Notes under the pieces: model-generated | Told to the model about the DNA's origin: nothing | The model's input: the letters and a program-made list of their open reading frames with translations, nothing else | The model's database searches: none | Source of the DNA: an uncultured Alphaproteobacteria bacterium | GTDB taxonomy: Bacteria; Pseudomonadota; Alphaproteobacteria; Rhizobiales; Xanthobacteraceae | Reading direction: 5' to 3' | DNA: 64,000 nt | Assembly (NCBI GenBank): GCA_963790735.1 | Contig: CAWBQP010000002.1 | Span: 9,184-73,183, forward strand | Shown: positions 40,781 through 51,696 of the stretch, piece after piece | How positions within the stretch are numbered: position 1 is the stretch's first letter | Layout: the number at the start of each line of letters is the position of its first letter | Program-made: the position numbers and the translations under genes

Positions 40781-42793
40781 ATGCCCACCGTGCCGATCGA
40801 TCGCCGTGATTTCCTGCGCCGTGCGGCCTTGATCGGCACTGCGCTGCCGGTCGCCGGACTTGCGCGGCAAGCGCGCGCAGAGCCGGCCGCGGTGGTCCCG
40901 CGCCGGGTCTTTTTCGACAATCCCGATTGCACCAATGTGCGGGTGAGTCCCGACGGGCAGAACGTCGCCTATATCGCGCCGCTCAACGGCGTGAACAATC
41001 TGTGGGTGGCGCCGCTGACCGATCTGGCCGCGGCGCGGCCCGTTACCCGCGTGACTGATCGCAACATCGGAAGCTATTACCGCTGGGCGTATACCAGCCG
41101 TCATCTGGTATTCTTCAGGGAACGCGACGGCGACGAGAACTGGCGCGCCGCGAGCGTCGATATCACGAACGGGACGGTCGTTCCGCTGACGCCGGAGCAA
41201 GGCGTGAAGTCGTTCCTGCAGGAAGTCGATCGCAAATGTCCGGAAGAGATGCTGTTCCGGCACAATGCGCGCGACAAGAGCCGCTTCGATCTGTTCCGGA
41301 TCAACATCGTGACAGGCGCCAGCGAATTGAAGTTCGAGAACACCGAGTATGCCGACCTGTTCACGGATAGCGACTTTCAGTTGCGGCTGGCGACGCGTCT
41401 CGCTGCCGACGGCACCACGGAGATTTTCGAGCGCAGGCCGGATGGCGCATGGACACCATTCATCCAGGTGCCGATCGGCGATATCGATGCCTTCAGGCTC
41501 ATCGACATGGGCGTCGACGGCAACACGCTTTACTTTATCGACTCGCGCGAACGCGACAAGGCCGCGCTGTTTTCCATGAACATGACGACGCGCGAGACAA
41601 AATTGCTCGCCGCCGATGACGAGGCCGATATCGTGGAGGCCACGCTCGACGAGCAGCGCCGCCCTGTCGCCGCCCGGGCGAACCGTGACCGCTCCCGCTG
41701 GTATGTCATCGACCCCAGCGCCAAACAGGACCTCGCGGATATCGCCCGGCACGGACCCGGCGACGTCTACTTCCTCAGCGCCAGCGCCGACCGGCGGATG
41801 GCGAGCGTGTTCTTCGAGCGCGACAGCGAGAGCGGCGAATTTGCGCTGCTCGACCGCGAGAAGCGCGAGGTGCGCAAGCTCATGGTCCAGCGCAAGGCGC
41901 TTGCCGACGTGTCGCTGCGCAAGATGCAGCCGGTGATCATTCCCTCCCGCGACGGCTTGCGCCTCAACGGTTATCTGACGCTGCCCGCCGCGGAAGCCGG
42001 CAGTGGCCGGATGCCGCTGGTGCTGGTGATCCACGGCGGTCCCTATTTCCGCGACGTCTGGGGCTTCAATTCAACCCATCAATGGCTCGCCAATCGCGGC
42101 TATGCGGTATTGAGCGTCAACTACCGGGGCTCGACCGGCTTCGGCAAGGCGTTCGTCAAGGCCGCCGATCGCGAATGGGGTGGACGAATGCATGACGACC
42201 TGATCGATGCGGTCGATTGGGCGGTGGCGCAGGGCATCGCCGATCCGAAGCGCGTCGGCTTCTTCGGTGGCAGCTATGGCGGCTATTCCGCGTTGATGGC
42301 GGCGACCAAGACGCCTGAGGTGTTCGCCTGCATCGTCGATCTCTTCGGAATTTCCAATCTCATCACCTTCATGGCGACCATTCCGCCCTATTGGGGGCCG
42401 TGGTTCAGCGTCTGGAAAAACCGCCTCGGCGATCCCGCCACCGAGGCCGGTCGCGCCTTTCTTGCCGAGCGCTCGCCGATTAACCATCTCGATCGCGCGA
42501 CCAAGCCGATTCTGATCGCACAAGGGATGCGGGACGTCCGGGTGGTGGCCGCGGAATCCGAGCAGATGGTGACCGCCCTCAAACAACGTGGCGTGCCCGT
42601 CACTTACATCACGTTTCCCGACGAGGGACATGGTTTCGTGCGGCCGGAGAACCGGCTCGCCTTCTACGGGGTGACCGAGGCATTCCTCGCCAAACATCTC
42701 GGCGGCCGCTACCAGCCGATCGGAAACGATTTTGCCGGCTCCTCGCTCAAGGTCGAGACCGGCGGCGAGCTGGTTCCCGGCATTTCCGGATAG
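40781..42793 (+). CDS. Tat-exported S9 family peptidase
   Basis: DRRDFL Tat motif, IHGGP, NYRGSTGFG, GGSYGGY, D, EGHG. Confidence 0.9.
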   Translation: MPTVPIDRRDFLRRAALIGTALPVAGLARQARAEPAAVVPRRVFFDNPDCTNVRVSPDGQNVAYIAPLNGVNNLWVAPLTDLAAARPVTRVTDRNIGSYYRWAYTSRHLVFFRERDGDENWRAASVDITNGTVVPLTPEQGVKSFLQEVDRKCPEEMLFRHNARDKSRFDLFRINIVTGASELKFENTEYADLFTDSDFQLRLATRLAADGTTEIFERRPDGAWTPFIQVPIGDIDAFRLIDMGVDGNTLYFIDSRERDKAALFSMNMTTRETKLLAADDEADIVEATLDEQRRPVAARANRDRSRWYVIDPSAKQDLADIARHGPGDVYFLSASADRRMASVFFERDSESGEFALLDREKREVRKLMVQRKALADVSLRKMQPVIIPSRDGLRLNGYLTLPAAEAGSGRMPLVLVIHGGPYFRDVWGFNSTHQWLANRGYAVLSVNYRGSTGFGKAFVKAADREWGGRMHDDLIDAVDWAVAQGIADPKRVGFFGGSYGGYSALMAATKTPEVFACIVDLFGISNLITFMATIPPYWGPWFSVWKNRLGDPATEAGRAFLAERSPINHLDRATKPILIAQGMRDVRVVAAESEQMVTALKQRGVPVTYITFPDEGHGFVRPENRLAFYGVTEAFLAKHLGGRYQPIGNDFAGSSLKVETGGELVPGISG

Positions 42794-42901
42794 CGCCCCG
42801 AAGCCAGGCAAAGCGTTTGTTCACCATCCGCACAACTGATCTGCGGTGGTTACCCCAAATACACCAATGGAACCGCAATTACAGACCACTGAGGGTCTGT
42901 A

Positions 42902-45304
42902 ATGTACCAAGTCCTGAATTGCCTCGTCGCCGAGCATGACTGGCGACTGGTTGTGCTGGCAGGCGCCATTTGCTCGTTCGCCAGTGCGGTCGCCATCAGC
43001 CTGTTTCATCGTGCCAGGGCCTCGCATGGCCGGACGCGCGCGACCTGGATCTGCCTCGACGCGGCTGTCGGCGGCTGCGGAATCTGGGCTACCCATTTCG
43101 TCGCGATGCTGGCTTACGGTCCCGGCGGCAGCGCCGGATACAGCATACCCGTCACGCTTTTATCCCTGCTTTTCGCGGTATGCATTGTCGCCATCGGCCT
43201 CTGCGTTGCACTGTCCAGCGCGCGCCCGCCGGTAGTTGCGATCGGCGGTGCGATCATCGGCGCCGGTGTCGCGGCGATGCACTATACCGGCATGGCGGCG
43301 CTCGAGCTTCCGGCCTACATCGTCTGGGCCCCCGGTACCGTTTTGGCCTCGATCGTTTTCGGAAGCGTATTCGCGGCAATTGCAATGCTCGTCGCCGTGC
43401 GTCGCGACGATACTGTTCATACCCTGGCTGCCGCCGGCCTGCTGACAGTCGCAATCGTTTCACATCATTTCACGGCGATGGGCGCCGTCACGCTCGTTCC
43501 CGATCCGACGCTCGGCTCCGATGCGTTAACGGTTTCTCCGGCCGCGCTTTCGTTCCTGACCTCGATTGGGGCCTTTGCCATTCTGGGCATATCGCTGCTG
43601 GCGGCCATGTTCGATCGCGCCGCAAAGGGCGAGCTCCATGAACAAAAGATCCTGCTCGATTCCGCCATCACAAACATGTCGCAGGGACTTTGCATGTTCG
43701 ATGCGGAGGGCCGCATCCTCCTGTTCAACCAGCGCTACGTCGACCTCATGGACCGGTCTGGCATGCCGCTTCAGGGCCGCCTGCTGATTGACGTCCTGCG
43801 CGAAGTGAAAGCGGTCGGCGAATGGGACGGCGATCCCGATGAGTTCTTCGCAGCGGTGGTGGCGGACGCCAAAGCCGGCAGGACCGTGACCAAGACGATG
43901 GGTCGCGGCGGACGTTCGCTCCGCGTGGTCGATCAGCCCATGAAGGGCGGCGGATGGGTTGCCACGTTCGAAGACATCACCGAATGGCAGGCGGCCCAGG
44001 AACAGATTTCCCACATGGCGCGCCATGACGCGCTGACCAATCTGCCGAACCGGACGCTGTTCCGCGAACAGCTCGAAAAGGCCTTGCGGCTCGTCAGACG
44101 CAGCGATCAGCTAGCGGTGCTGTGTCTCGACCTCGACCACTTCAAGGACATCAACGATTCGCTTGGCCATCCGGTCGGCGACGCGCTGCTGAAGGAGGTC
44201 GCCCGTCGTCTCGGCGAATGCGTGACGGAGCACGACACGGTGGCGCGGCTCGGCGGCGACGAATTCGCGATCGTGCAGTTCTGCAGCGATTGCGAGCCGT
44301 CCGCGGTCGCCATGCTCGCCAGCTACGTGGTCGAGAAGGTTTCCGCACCCTACGAGATCGCCGGGCACCAGCTCGTCATCGGCGTCAGTATCGGTATTTC
44401 GCTGGCGCCGGACGACGGCAAGAACCCTGACGAACTGCTGAAGAAGGCCGATCTTGCGCTCTACCGCGCCAAGGAGGACGGCCGCGGCACTTACCGCTTC
44501 TTCGAGACCGGAATGGACGCGCGCGCGCAGGCGCGGCGGCTTTTGGAACTCGATTTGCGCGCGGCGCTGAAGCGCGAGGAGTTCGAGGTCTATTACCAGC
44601 CGATCCGCGACGTTGCCAAAGACGTGGTGGTCGCCTTCGAAGCCCTGGTGCGCTGGAATCATCCGTTGCGCGGCATGATCCCTCCGGTCAATTTCATTCC
44701 GCTGGCGGAAGAAACCGGCCTGATCGTTCGGCTCGGCGATTGGGTGTTGCGCCAGGCATGCATGGATGCGGCCAGCTGGTCGCAGGATGTCTGCGTTGCC
44801 GTCAACCTGTCGCCGGTGCAGTTCAAGAATCCGAGCCTGGTATCGGCCGTGAAGGAGGCGTTGAGGGCTTCCGGCCTTCCGGCGCAGCGGCTCGAACTGG
44901 AGATAACGGAATCGGTGCTGCTGCAGAACAGCGAGGCAACGCTGGCGGTTCTGCACGAGCTTCGCGGCTTTGGCGTCAAGATTTCGCTCGACGACTTCGG
45001 AACGGGATATTCGTCGCTGAGCTACCTGCGCAGCTTCCCGTTCGACAAGATCAAGATCGACCGTTCGTTCGTGAGCGAACTGGCGACGCGCGACGATTCG
45101 ATGGCGATCGTCCGTGCGGTGACGGGCCTCGGCAAGAGCCTCGGGATCGTCACGACGGCTGAAGGTGTCGAGACCGATGCGCAATTCGATCTCTTGCGCC
45201 GGGAGGGTTGCACACAGGCGCAAGGCTATCTGTTCAGCCGCCCGCGTCCCGCCGCCGAGGTGGAGAACATGCTGATACAGCCGCGGCAGCGCCTGACCGC
45301 CTAG
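42902..45304 (+). CDS. MHYT-PAS-GGDEF-EAL c-di-GMP signalling protein
   Basis: IWATHF, MHYTGM and HHFTAM repeats; PAS (NMSQGLCMFD); RLGGDEF; FEALVRW; DDFGTGYSS. Confidence 0.95.
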   Translation: MYQVLNCLVAEHDWRLVVLAGAICSFASAVAISLFHRARASHGRTRATWICLDAAVGGCGIWATHFVAMLAYGPGGSAGYSIPVTLLSLLFAVCIVAIGLCVALSSARPPVVAIGGAIIGAGVAAMHYTGMAALELPAYIVWAPGTVLASIVFGSVFAAIAMLVAVRRDDTVHTLAAAGLLTVAIVSHHFTAMGAVTLVPDPTLGSDALTVSPAALSFLTSIGAFAILGISLLAAMFDRAAKGELHEQKILLDSAITNMSQGLCMFDAEGRILLFNQRYVDLMDRSGMPLQGRLLIDVLREVKAVGEWDGDPDEFFAAVVADAKAGRTVTKTMGRGGRSLRVVDQPMKGGGWVATFEDITEWQAAQEQISHMARHDALTNLPNRTLFREQLEKALRLVRRSDQLAVLCLDLDHFKDINDSLGHPVGDALLKEVARRLGECVTEHDTVARLGGDEFAIVQFCSDCEPSAVAMLASYVVEKVSAPYEIAGHQLVIGVSIGISLAPDDGKNPDELLKKADLALYRAKEDGRGTYRFFETGMDARAQARRLLELDLRAALKREEFEVYYQPIRDVAKDVVVAFEALVRWNHPLRGMIPPVNFIPLAEETGLIVRLGDWVLRQACMDAASWSQDVCVAVNLSPVQFKNPSLVSAVKEALRASGLPAQRLELEITESVLLQNSEATLAVLHELRGFGVKISLDDFGTGYSSLSYLRSFPFDKIKIDRSFVSELATRDDSMAIVRAVTGLGKSLGIVTTAEGVETDAQFDLLRREGCTQAQGYLFSRPRPAAEVENMLIQPRQRLTA

Positions 45305-45735
45305 GCCTTGCGCAACGCGAAATGCGCGCCGCAGAACGCCATTGCCGCGCCGAGGCATAAGGCCGCAAGGCCCGCCAGCACGCCCGAAATGGTCGGGACC
45401 GGGCTCGGCGCCGAGGCGGCCTGTCCGGCGCCGGCGAGGATCAGCACCCCGACGGCGATCAGGAACTGGCGCATCCGCTGCGGAATTTGGCCCGAGGCCG
45501 CGCTGTGCATCAGGTTGGCGGTAAAATAGCCGCCGGAAAAGCCCACGGTCGCGATCAGCCACCATGCGATCGCAGCGCCCGCCGGCATGAACTCGCTGGT
45601 ATCGGATCGCCACAGGCCGCCGAGATCGAGCCCGTACCGCGCGCCCAGCATGTGCACGGCGAGCGCCAGCAGCACTCCGGAAACAATCGCGCCGGCCAGG
45701 ATCAGGCGGCGTGGAAAATAAGTCGTCTCGGCCAT
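45301..45735 (-). CDS. Hypothetical four-TM membrane protein
   Basis: Hydrophobic ORF starting MAETTYFPRR; stop overlaps the convergent gene. Confidence 0.65.
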   Translation of the reverse strand: MAETTYFPRRLILAGAIVSGVLLALAVHMLGARYGLDLGGLWRSDTSEFMPAGAAIAWWLIATVGFSGGYFTANLMHSAASGQIPQRMRQFLIAVGVLILAGAGQAASAPSPVPTISGVLAGLAALCLGAAMAFCGAHFALRKA

Positions 45736-45804
45736 GGCCCGCTTGTAAGGTAAAGCCGGCTCGCCGCGCAAGCAGGCGGTTTCAAACGACACGGATATTT
45801 TGAA

Positions 45805-46410
45805 TTGCCGACATCACTACCGAACCAGGTCAGCGAAGGCGAGGGGGCGCGCACGATCAGCTACGTCTACAAGGCGTCACTGATCTCGTCGGCGTATCAA
45901 TTCGAACTGACGGATTCCGGATTGTCGTGGCGGATCGGCCGCCGGTCCGGCGTGTGGCCGTATGCCGATATCGCTTCGATCCGTCTGTCGTATCGACCGA
46001 TGTCGATGCAATCCCGCCGCTTTCGCGCCGATATCGAAAGGGCCGGGGAGGGGCGGATCGCCATCCTTTCGACGACCTGGCAAACCGTCTCGCTGATGGC
46101 GCCGCAGGACCAGGGCTACCGCGCCTTCATCACCGAGTTGCATCGAAGGATGAAGGCGGCAGGCAGCAAGGCTTCCCTGACCGGCGGTATCGGGACGGTG
46201 ACCTATGCCGTGGCAGTTGCAATGCTGGCGTTGCTGGCCATCGCCATGATCGGACTTTTCGTCCGGGCGCTTGCGACTTCCGAATTCACCGGCGCATTGT
46301 TTCTGGTCGGCATGGCGGTCTGGTTTGCCTGGACCATCGGCGGCTTCATCAAGCGCAATCGGCCGCGCAGCTATTCGTTCGACGCGCTTCCCGAGACGCT
46401 GCTGCCGTAG
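45805..46410 (+). CDS. Hypothetical membrane protein (soluble N-terminus, two C-terminal TM helices)
   Basis: YVYKASLI...I..IRLSYRP...RNRPRSY..DALP..LLP; coding-like codon use. Confidence 0.7.
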   Translation: MPTSLPNQVSEGEGARTISYVYKASLISSAYQFELTDSGLSWRIGRRSGVWPYADIASIRLSYRPMSMQSRRFRADIERAGEGRIAILSTTWQTVSLMAPQDQGYRAFITELHRRMKAAGSKASLTGGIGTVTYAVAVAMLALLAIAMIGLFVRALATSEFTGALFLVGMAVWFAWTIGGFIKRNRPRSYSFDALPETLLP

Positions 46411-46504
46411 CCTCGTTCGCAATCAAGCGACACGAAATGTGATTTCGCGAAGCGCCGCAGGGCGCGGCACTCTGTGCGGCGTTCCTGATAACAGGCGAGT
46501 TGCC

Positions 46505-47113
46505 GTGACAATCCCACCTGCGCGATCGCCGACGGAAGCCGAGATTGCCGCGATCAATGCGCGGCATCTGATCGAGACGCCGCTACGGCCGGCCGACCTG
46601 CTGTTCGTGTTCGGCACGCGTGAGGATGTCGACGCGCGCGTCGATGAAGCCTGCCGGCTGTGGCGGGAAGGGTATTTTCGCTGGGCGATCGTGAGCGGCG
46701 GCGTGACGCCGGGATCCGATCTGTCGGAATGCGAGATCATTGCCGGTGCAATGGCCGCGCGCGGTGTTCCGGCCGACATCATCCTGAGAGAGGATCGCGC
46801 AATGAACACCGGCGAGAACGTGATCTTCTCGCTGCCGGTCATCGACCGCGCGCTCGGCCTCGCCAACATCCGCAGCGTGATCTGTCTCGGCAATACCTGG
46901 ACGGCGCGCCGCTATCCGATGACGCTGCATCGGCACTGGCCGGAAGTGGAGAAGATGCTGGTCATGGTCGACAGTTTCAAGACGCCGCGGGCGCTCTGGC
47001 ATACCGACGCCGAATTCAGCCGCCGCATGCTCCATGAATGGCACAAGATCGAGCCGTACAAGGCGAGGGGCTTTATCGCGGAGTGGCCGGGGAGCGAAAC
47101 ACGCGGCCGATAG
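46505..47113 (+). CDS. YdcF/DUF218 family protein
   Basis: LFVFG, IVSGG, SEC..I, EDRAMNTGEN. Confidence 0.85.
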   Translation: MTIPPARSPTEAEIAAINARHLIETPLRPADLLFVFGTREDVDARVDEACRLWREGYFRWAIVSGGVTPGSDLSECEIIAGAMAARGVPADIILREDRAMNTGENVIFSLPVIDRALGLANIRSVICLGNTWTARRYPMTLHRHWPEVEKMLVMVDSFKTPRALWHTDAEFSRRMLHEWHKIEPYKARGFIAEWPGSETRGR

Positions 47114-47115
47114 AT

Positions 47116-48456
47116 CTATTCGGTCGTATCGACGTCTTCTTTCGCCGTCAGCATTCCCGAGAGCGTGCGCAGCGCCAGATCGAGCTGTTCGGTGCTGGGG
47201 GCGCCGAGCGCCAGGCGGACGGCGTTGGGGGCATGGCCGGGGATCACGGCGAAGGTGGTCGAGGGGGTCAGCGCGATGTCGCGCCGGGCGGCGGCTGCGA
47301 CGAATGTCTGCGAGCGCCAATGCTGGGGCAAAGTGAGCCAGAGATGGTAGGATTTGGCGTTGGCCTGGATTTCGAAGCCGGCGAGGTATTTCGCCGCCAT
47401 CTGCTGGCGCCGCGCCGCGTCGATCCGTTTCAGGCGTGACAGTTCGGCCACCGTGCCATCCGCCATCAGCCGTTGTCCGGCGGCAAAGGCAAATCCGGAA
47501 GCCGTCCATCCGCCCGATCGAACCGCGGCCATGATGCGCTCGCGCAGGCGCGGCGGCGAAACGATGAAGCCGAGCGCAAGGCCGGGCGCCACCTTCTTCG
47601 ACAGGCTGTCGAGCGTGATGCAGCTATCCGGCGCGAGCGCGGCCATCGGCGTTTCTTCGTCGAGAAAGCCATAGACCGTGTCCTCGATGACGGGGAGGCC
47701 GAGCTTTTCGACGACGCGCAGCAAATCGGCCCGGCGCGCCTGCGGCATGGTCATGCCGAGCGGATTTTGTATCGTCGGCTGAACGTACAGCGCCGACAAA
47801 TGCGCTTCGCGGTGCGCCTTCTGCACCGCGTCCGGGCGAACGCCGTTCTCGTCCATCGCGAGCGGCACCAGCGTGACGCCGAGCCTGGCGGCGATGTCCT
47901 TGATGAAGGGATAGGTCAGCGCCTCGACGCCGCAGCGGCCGCCGCTCGGCACCATCGCCGCCAGCGCTGCGGCGATGCATTGCCTGCCGTTCGCGGTGAA
48001 GACGAGTTGATCGGGGGCCGGGGACCAGTCCTCGCGGGAGAGAAACTCGGCGGAAATGGTCCGTGCCGCCTGTGTGCCTGCCGTGGTCGAGTGCCGCAGC
48101 GCGAGATCGAGCAATTCGGGGCGTTCCAGCCCCGCAAGGCTTCTTGCGATCATCGCCGATTGCGTCGGCAGGATCGGATAATTCACTTCCAGATCGATGC
48201 GCGCGCCGCGCGGCTCGGTCGGCATGGCGATACCGCGGCGCGTCTCGCCCGAAACGAACGTGCCGCGTCCGACTTCGCCGACCACGAGGCCGCGGCGCAA
48301 CAGCTCGGTGTAGACGCGGCTCGCGGTGGAGACGGCGATCTTCCGCTCATAGGCAAAGCTGCGCTGCGGCGGCAGGCGGTCGCCCGGCTTGAGCGCGCCA
48401 TTGGCGATCTCGGCGGCGACGGTATCGGCAAGCTTCAGGTACTCGAATTTTGACAT
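47116..48456 (-). CDS. MocR/GabR (GntR wHTH plus PLP aminotransferase) regulator
   Basis: LKPGDRLPPQR, GEVGRGTFV, IQNPLG, IEDTVY, SLSKKVAPG. Confidence 0.9.
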   Translation of the reverse strand: MSKFEYLKLADTVAAEIANGALKPGDRLPPQRSFAYERKIAVSTASRVYTELLRRGLVVGEVGRGTFVSGETRRGIAMPTEPRGARIDLEVNYPILPTQSAMIARSLAGLERPELLDLALRHSTTAGTQAARTISAEFLSREDWSPAPDQLVFTANGRQCIAAALAAMVPSGGRCGVEALTYPFIKDIAARLGVTLVPLAMDENGVRPDAVQKAHREAHLSALYVQPTIQNPLGMTMPQARRADLLRVVEKLGLPVIEDTVYGFLDEETPMAALAPDSCITLDSLSKKVAPGLALGFIVSPPRLRERIMAAVRSGGWTASGFAFAAGQRLMADGTVAELSRLKRIDAARRQQMAAKYLAGFEIQANAKSYHLWLTLPQHWRSQTFVAAAARRDIALTPSTTFAVIPGHAPNAVRLALGAPSTEQLDLALRTLSGMLTAKEDVDTTE

Positions 48457-48458
48457 AA

Positions 48459-48573
48459 TTGCACCGAGAGCAATGTTTTCCTTGCACCGAGGAATGTATC
48501 GGATCATTTTGAACCTATCAAGCCAGAGATTGCACTGAGAGGGGTGCAAAACAATCGGTCCATTAGGGTGCAA
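48459..48573. promoter_or_regulatory. MocR operator array
   Basis: Direct repeats TTGCACCGAG (48459, 48482) and TTGCACTGAG (48530); inverted GGGTGCAA (48542, 48566). Confidence 0.7.
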
Positions 48574-48636
48574 GCGCTCTCGCAAGCGTTTGCGCCGGCG
48601 GCAGCGGCTTGCCGCGTGAAAGCAAGGAGAAGTGCG

Positions 48637-48874
48637 ATGACCACGATCTATTCGACGGCAGGCCAGCCTGCGCCCCAAAGCGTGCCTGGGCGGATTTTTC
48701 CGCGTCCTCGGAAGCTGGGTAAACGGCATCGTCACCTATCTTGCGCGCCGCCAGGCCATCCAGACCCTGAGCGAACTGGACGATCGCGCGCTCCGCGACA
48801 TCGGCATCGAGCGCAGCCGGATTGAATCGGCCGTGCGCGGCAACGTCGATCCGGATTTCGGGCGCATCATGTGA
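48637..48874 (+). CDS. DUF1127 small protein; +1 frameshift near 48690
   Basis: AGGAG RBS. After removing one G it reads MTTIYSTAG...YLARRQAIQTLSELDDRALRDIGIERSRI (LxxLxDxxLxDIG motif). Not given intact in the ORF track. Confidence 0.85.
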
Positions 48875-48911
48875 GGCGTCCGGCGTCGCGACTCAGCGGC
48901 GCCGTTACGTC

Positions 48912-49337
48912 TCAGTGCCGCACCACCAGCACCGAGCATCTGGCGTAGCGCACGACATGGCCGGCGTTGGAGCCGAGGAAATAGGTCCGCATCGCCGGCC
49001 GGTGCGAGGTCATCACGATCAGGTCGGCCTTGATCGCCGACGCCTCTTCGAGGATCTCGTGATAGATGCCGCCCTGCCGCACTGCGGCGGAAATGCGCGA
49101 CGCCTCGATGCCGGATTCCTTCGCCACGATGGTGAGCGCTTCTTCCGAGGTAGCGCGCTGCTGGGCGTCGAAATCGGCCGGTACATATTCCGCCAGCATC
49201 ACCGGCGTCATCGGCAATACGTTGAGCAGGCGCACCGAGCCGTTCCAGGTCTGCGACAACGTCGCGGCCGTTGCGATTGCGGGCTTGGCCAGATCGGTAT
49301 CGGTCAGGTCGATCGGCACGAGAATCGACTTGAACAT
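48912..49337 (-). CDS. Universal stress protein
   Basis: MFKSILVPID, ADLIVMTSH, FLGSNAGHVVRYARCSVLVVR. Confidence 0.95.
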   Translation of the reverse strand: MFKSILVPIDLTDTDLAKPAIATAATLSQTWNGSVRLLNVLPMTPVMLAEYVPADFDAQQRATSEEALTIVAKESGIEASRISAAVRQGGIYHEILEEASAIKADLIVMTSHRPAMRTYFLGSNAGHVVRYARCSVLVVRH

Positions 49338-49352
49338 CTGCGCCTCCTGCCT

Positions 49353-49450
49353 GAGGCCGCTTGGTCCTGACTTATCAGGATCGGGCCCTAGCCTTTTGTT
49401 TTGACGTGTTTTCTTTTACGCGAACTTGTTCTTAATTCGCTCGAAAACCG
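49353..49450. repeat. Degenerate copy 2 of the 2223-2320 repeat
   Basis: GGTCCTGACTTATCAGGATCGGGCCCTAG...TGTTTTGACGTGTTTTCTT...TTCGCTCGAAAAC. Confidence 0.65.
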
Positions 49451-49495
49451 TGTCGTGAGGAGCTTAGCATGGCGGGGCAGGGATGTCCGCCTGCC

Positions 49496-50050
49496 TCAAT
49501 CGTCCAGCGCCTGCTTCAGCAATTTCGGGCTGGTGAACCGCACGAGTTTGCCGCGGCGGAACGCCACTTCGCTCCAGTCCTCGATCGCAAAATCCAGGAT
49601 GGCAAGGCCAGCGGTTGGCAGATTGTCTTCGAGTGACTTCTTCGCCGCCGCGTCGCCGCTGCCGGCGAGCATCAGCGCCAGCTCATGCATGCCGGGATTG
49701 TGCCCGATCAGCATCAAGCGCGCGGGATCGGTGACCTCGGCCAACCGGATGATCCGCAGGAGCTGCGCCGGCTCGGCGCCGTAGAGTTCGTCGAGCAGTT
49801 CGACCCGTGGCTGCGGAGGCCGTTCCCGCACGGCATCCTTCATCGCATCGCGCGCGATCTCCCAGGTCTGCCGCGTCCGCACCGCGGTCGAAACCAGGAC
49901 CGCGTCGGGAAGGGGCGGATGCCGGGCGATCCAGGTTCCGATGGCGGCGGCATCCAGCCGGCCGCGCTCGTCGAGACGGCGGTCCTGGTCATGGCCCGAA
50001 GGCGCGTCGTGTTCGGTCTTGGCGTGACGCAGCAGCATCAAACGGCGCAT
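49496..50050 (-). CDS. sixA: SixA-like phosphohistidine phosphatase
   Basis: LLRHAK, D..R.L..RG, STAVRTRQT, IGHNPG. Confidence 0.85.
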   Translation of the reverse strand: MRRLMLLRHAKTEHDAPSGHDQDRRLDERGRLDAAAIGTWIARHPPLPDAVLVSTAVRTRQTWEIARDAMKDAVRERPPQPRVELLDELYGAEPAQLLRIIRLAEVTDPARLMLIGHNPGMHELALMLAGSGDAAAKKSLEDNLPTAGLAILDFAIEDWSEVAFRRGKLVRFTSPKLLKQALDD

Positions 50051-50144
50051 GGGCGCGATCTCAATTCGGTCTTAGTCTGGACTAATCTACAAGCTCATGT
50101 CCCGGACAGGGTGACAAGCGCTGCAGCGGTCCGTAAGAAACGCC

Positions 50145-51632
50145 ATGCCCGAGACTTTCACAAGTGCGACCAACGGCCCCGACGACGACGCGCCTTTTCG
50201 CTCGCGTCTGTCATTCGACCTGGATGTTGACATTTGCGTGGTCGGAGCCGGACTTGCCGGCCTCACGGTGGCGCTGGAGGCCGCGCGCCTCGGCGCCAGC
50301 GTGGCCGTGCTCGAGGGCCGGCATGTCGGCTGGAACGCGTCCGGCCATCAGCTCGGCACGGTCATGCCGGGCTACAGTCTTCCGATCGGCGACCTGATCG
50401 AGCGCGTCGGCCTGGAGGACGCGCGCGAATTGTGGGCGATGTCGAAGGAGGGCGCCGAATACGTTCGCGCCGCCGCCACCGAAGAGGCGATGCCGGGAAT
50501 TGCACTGACCGAGGGCGCGCTGGAGGTCTCCACCGTCGACGCCGGCGAAACGCTGATCAGCCGGCTGCAGACGCTGAGCGAGGATTTCGAGACCGAGGTC
50601 GAGGGATGGCAGGTCGATCGCGTTCGCGGTCAGCTCGGGACTGCACGCTATTTCCACGGCATCTATTATCCGCGCGCGTTCCAGATCGACGGCCGCAAAT
50701 ACATCCACGGTCTTGCCGCGCAGGCGCGGCGGGCGGGCGCGCGCATCTTCGAGGATACGCCTGTCGTCAGCATCGATCCGTCGGGGATTCGCAAGCGCAT
50801 CGTGACGCCGTCGGCGCGGCTGCGCGCATCGCACATCGTGCTGGCCGGCAACGTTCACCTCGGCGCCCCGTTGCGCCGCCTGTCGGAGACGCTGCTGCCG
50901 GTCTGGCGCTATGCTGCGGTAACGGAGCCGCTCGGCGAGCGGCTGGGCGAGATGATCGCCTTCAAGGGGTCGGTGGCCGACAGTGACGGCATCGATCATT
51001 TCCGGATCGTCGACGGCGACCGGCTGATGTGGGCCAGCCCGGAAACCACCTGGGAGGCGCGGCCACGCCGCTTTGCACCCGCTATTCAGCGCCGCATCGC
51101 CACCATCTTTCCCCAACTCGGCAAGGTCGCGATCTCAGACGTGTTCGGCGGCGCGGTCGGGGTGACCGTGCACGGCATGCCGCAGATCGGCCAGCTGCGC
51201 AAAGGATTGTGGGTCGCCAGCGGCTTCGGCCGCCATGGGCTGAACACCTCGGCGATGGCGGGGCAGGTCATCGCGCGCAGCATTCTGTGGGGCGAGGAAC
51301 GCTGGAAACTGTTCTCGCCGTTCGAACTGGTCTGGGCGGGCGGCGCCACCGGCCGCGCCGCCGGCCACCTGATCGGCCTGTGGGGGCGGGGACATTCCGC
51401 CGCGGCCGGCGCGCTGGCCCGTTACCGCGAAGGCGCCCGTGCCCGGGAAAGCGTGCGCGAGGCGCGATTGGCGGAGGCCAACCGGCAGGCCGGAACCAGG
51501 TCGCCGCGCCGTCCGCCGGCTGGGCCACGCCCGGTGCGTCCACAGCCTCCGCGGCCGGCAGGGGCGCAGGACGGCGGGATATCAGCCGCGCCCTCGCAGG
51601 AAAGTGAGAAAATCCGGGACGGATCCGTGTAA
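50145..51632 (+). CDS. FAD-dependent oxidoreductase (DAO/PuuB-like)
   Basis: [34 protein letters not shown]. Confidence 0.85.
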   Translation: MPETFTSATNGPDDDAPFRSRLSFDLDVDICVVGAGLAGLTVALEAARLGASVAVLEGRHVGWNASGHQLGTVMPGYSLPIGDLIERVGLEDARELWAMSKEGAEYVRAAATEEAMPGIALTEGALEVSTVDAGETLISRLQTLSEDFETEVEGWQVDRVRGQLGTARYFHGIYYPRAFQIDGRKYIHGLAAQARRAGARIFEDTPVVSIDPSGIRKRIVTPSARLRASHIVLAGNVHLGAPLRRLSETLLPVWRYAAVTEPLGERLGEMIAFKGSVADSDGIDHFRIVDGDRLMWASPETTWEARPRRFAPAIQRRIATIFPQLGKVAISDVFGGAVGVTVHGMPQIGQLRKGLWVASGFGRHGLNTSAMAGQVIARSILWGEERWKLFSPFELVWAGGATGRAAGHLIGLWGRGHSAAAGALARYREGARARESVREARLAEANRQAGTRSPRRPPAGPRPVRPQPPRPAGAQDGGISAAPSQESEKIRDGSV

Positions 51633-51696
51633 CTTCGGCTGCCCGTGGGCCGTACTTGATGGTGAAACGTCACGTCCGCCTCGCACGGAGATTTCC

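Noticed and set aside
48875-48911. Cuckoo sRNA downstream of DUF1127
   Set aside because: No CCTCCTCCC motifs and only about 37 nt before the convergent usp stop.
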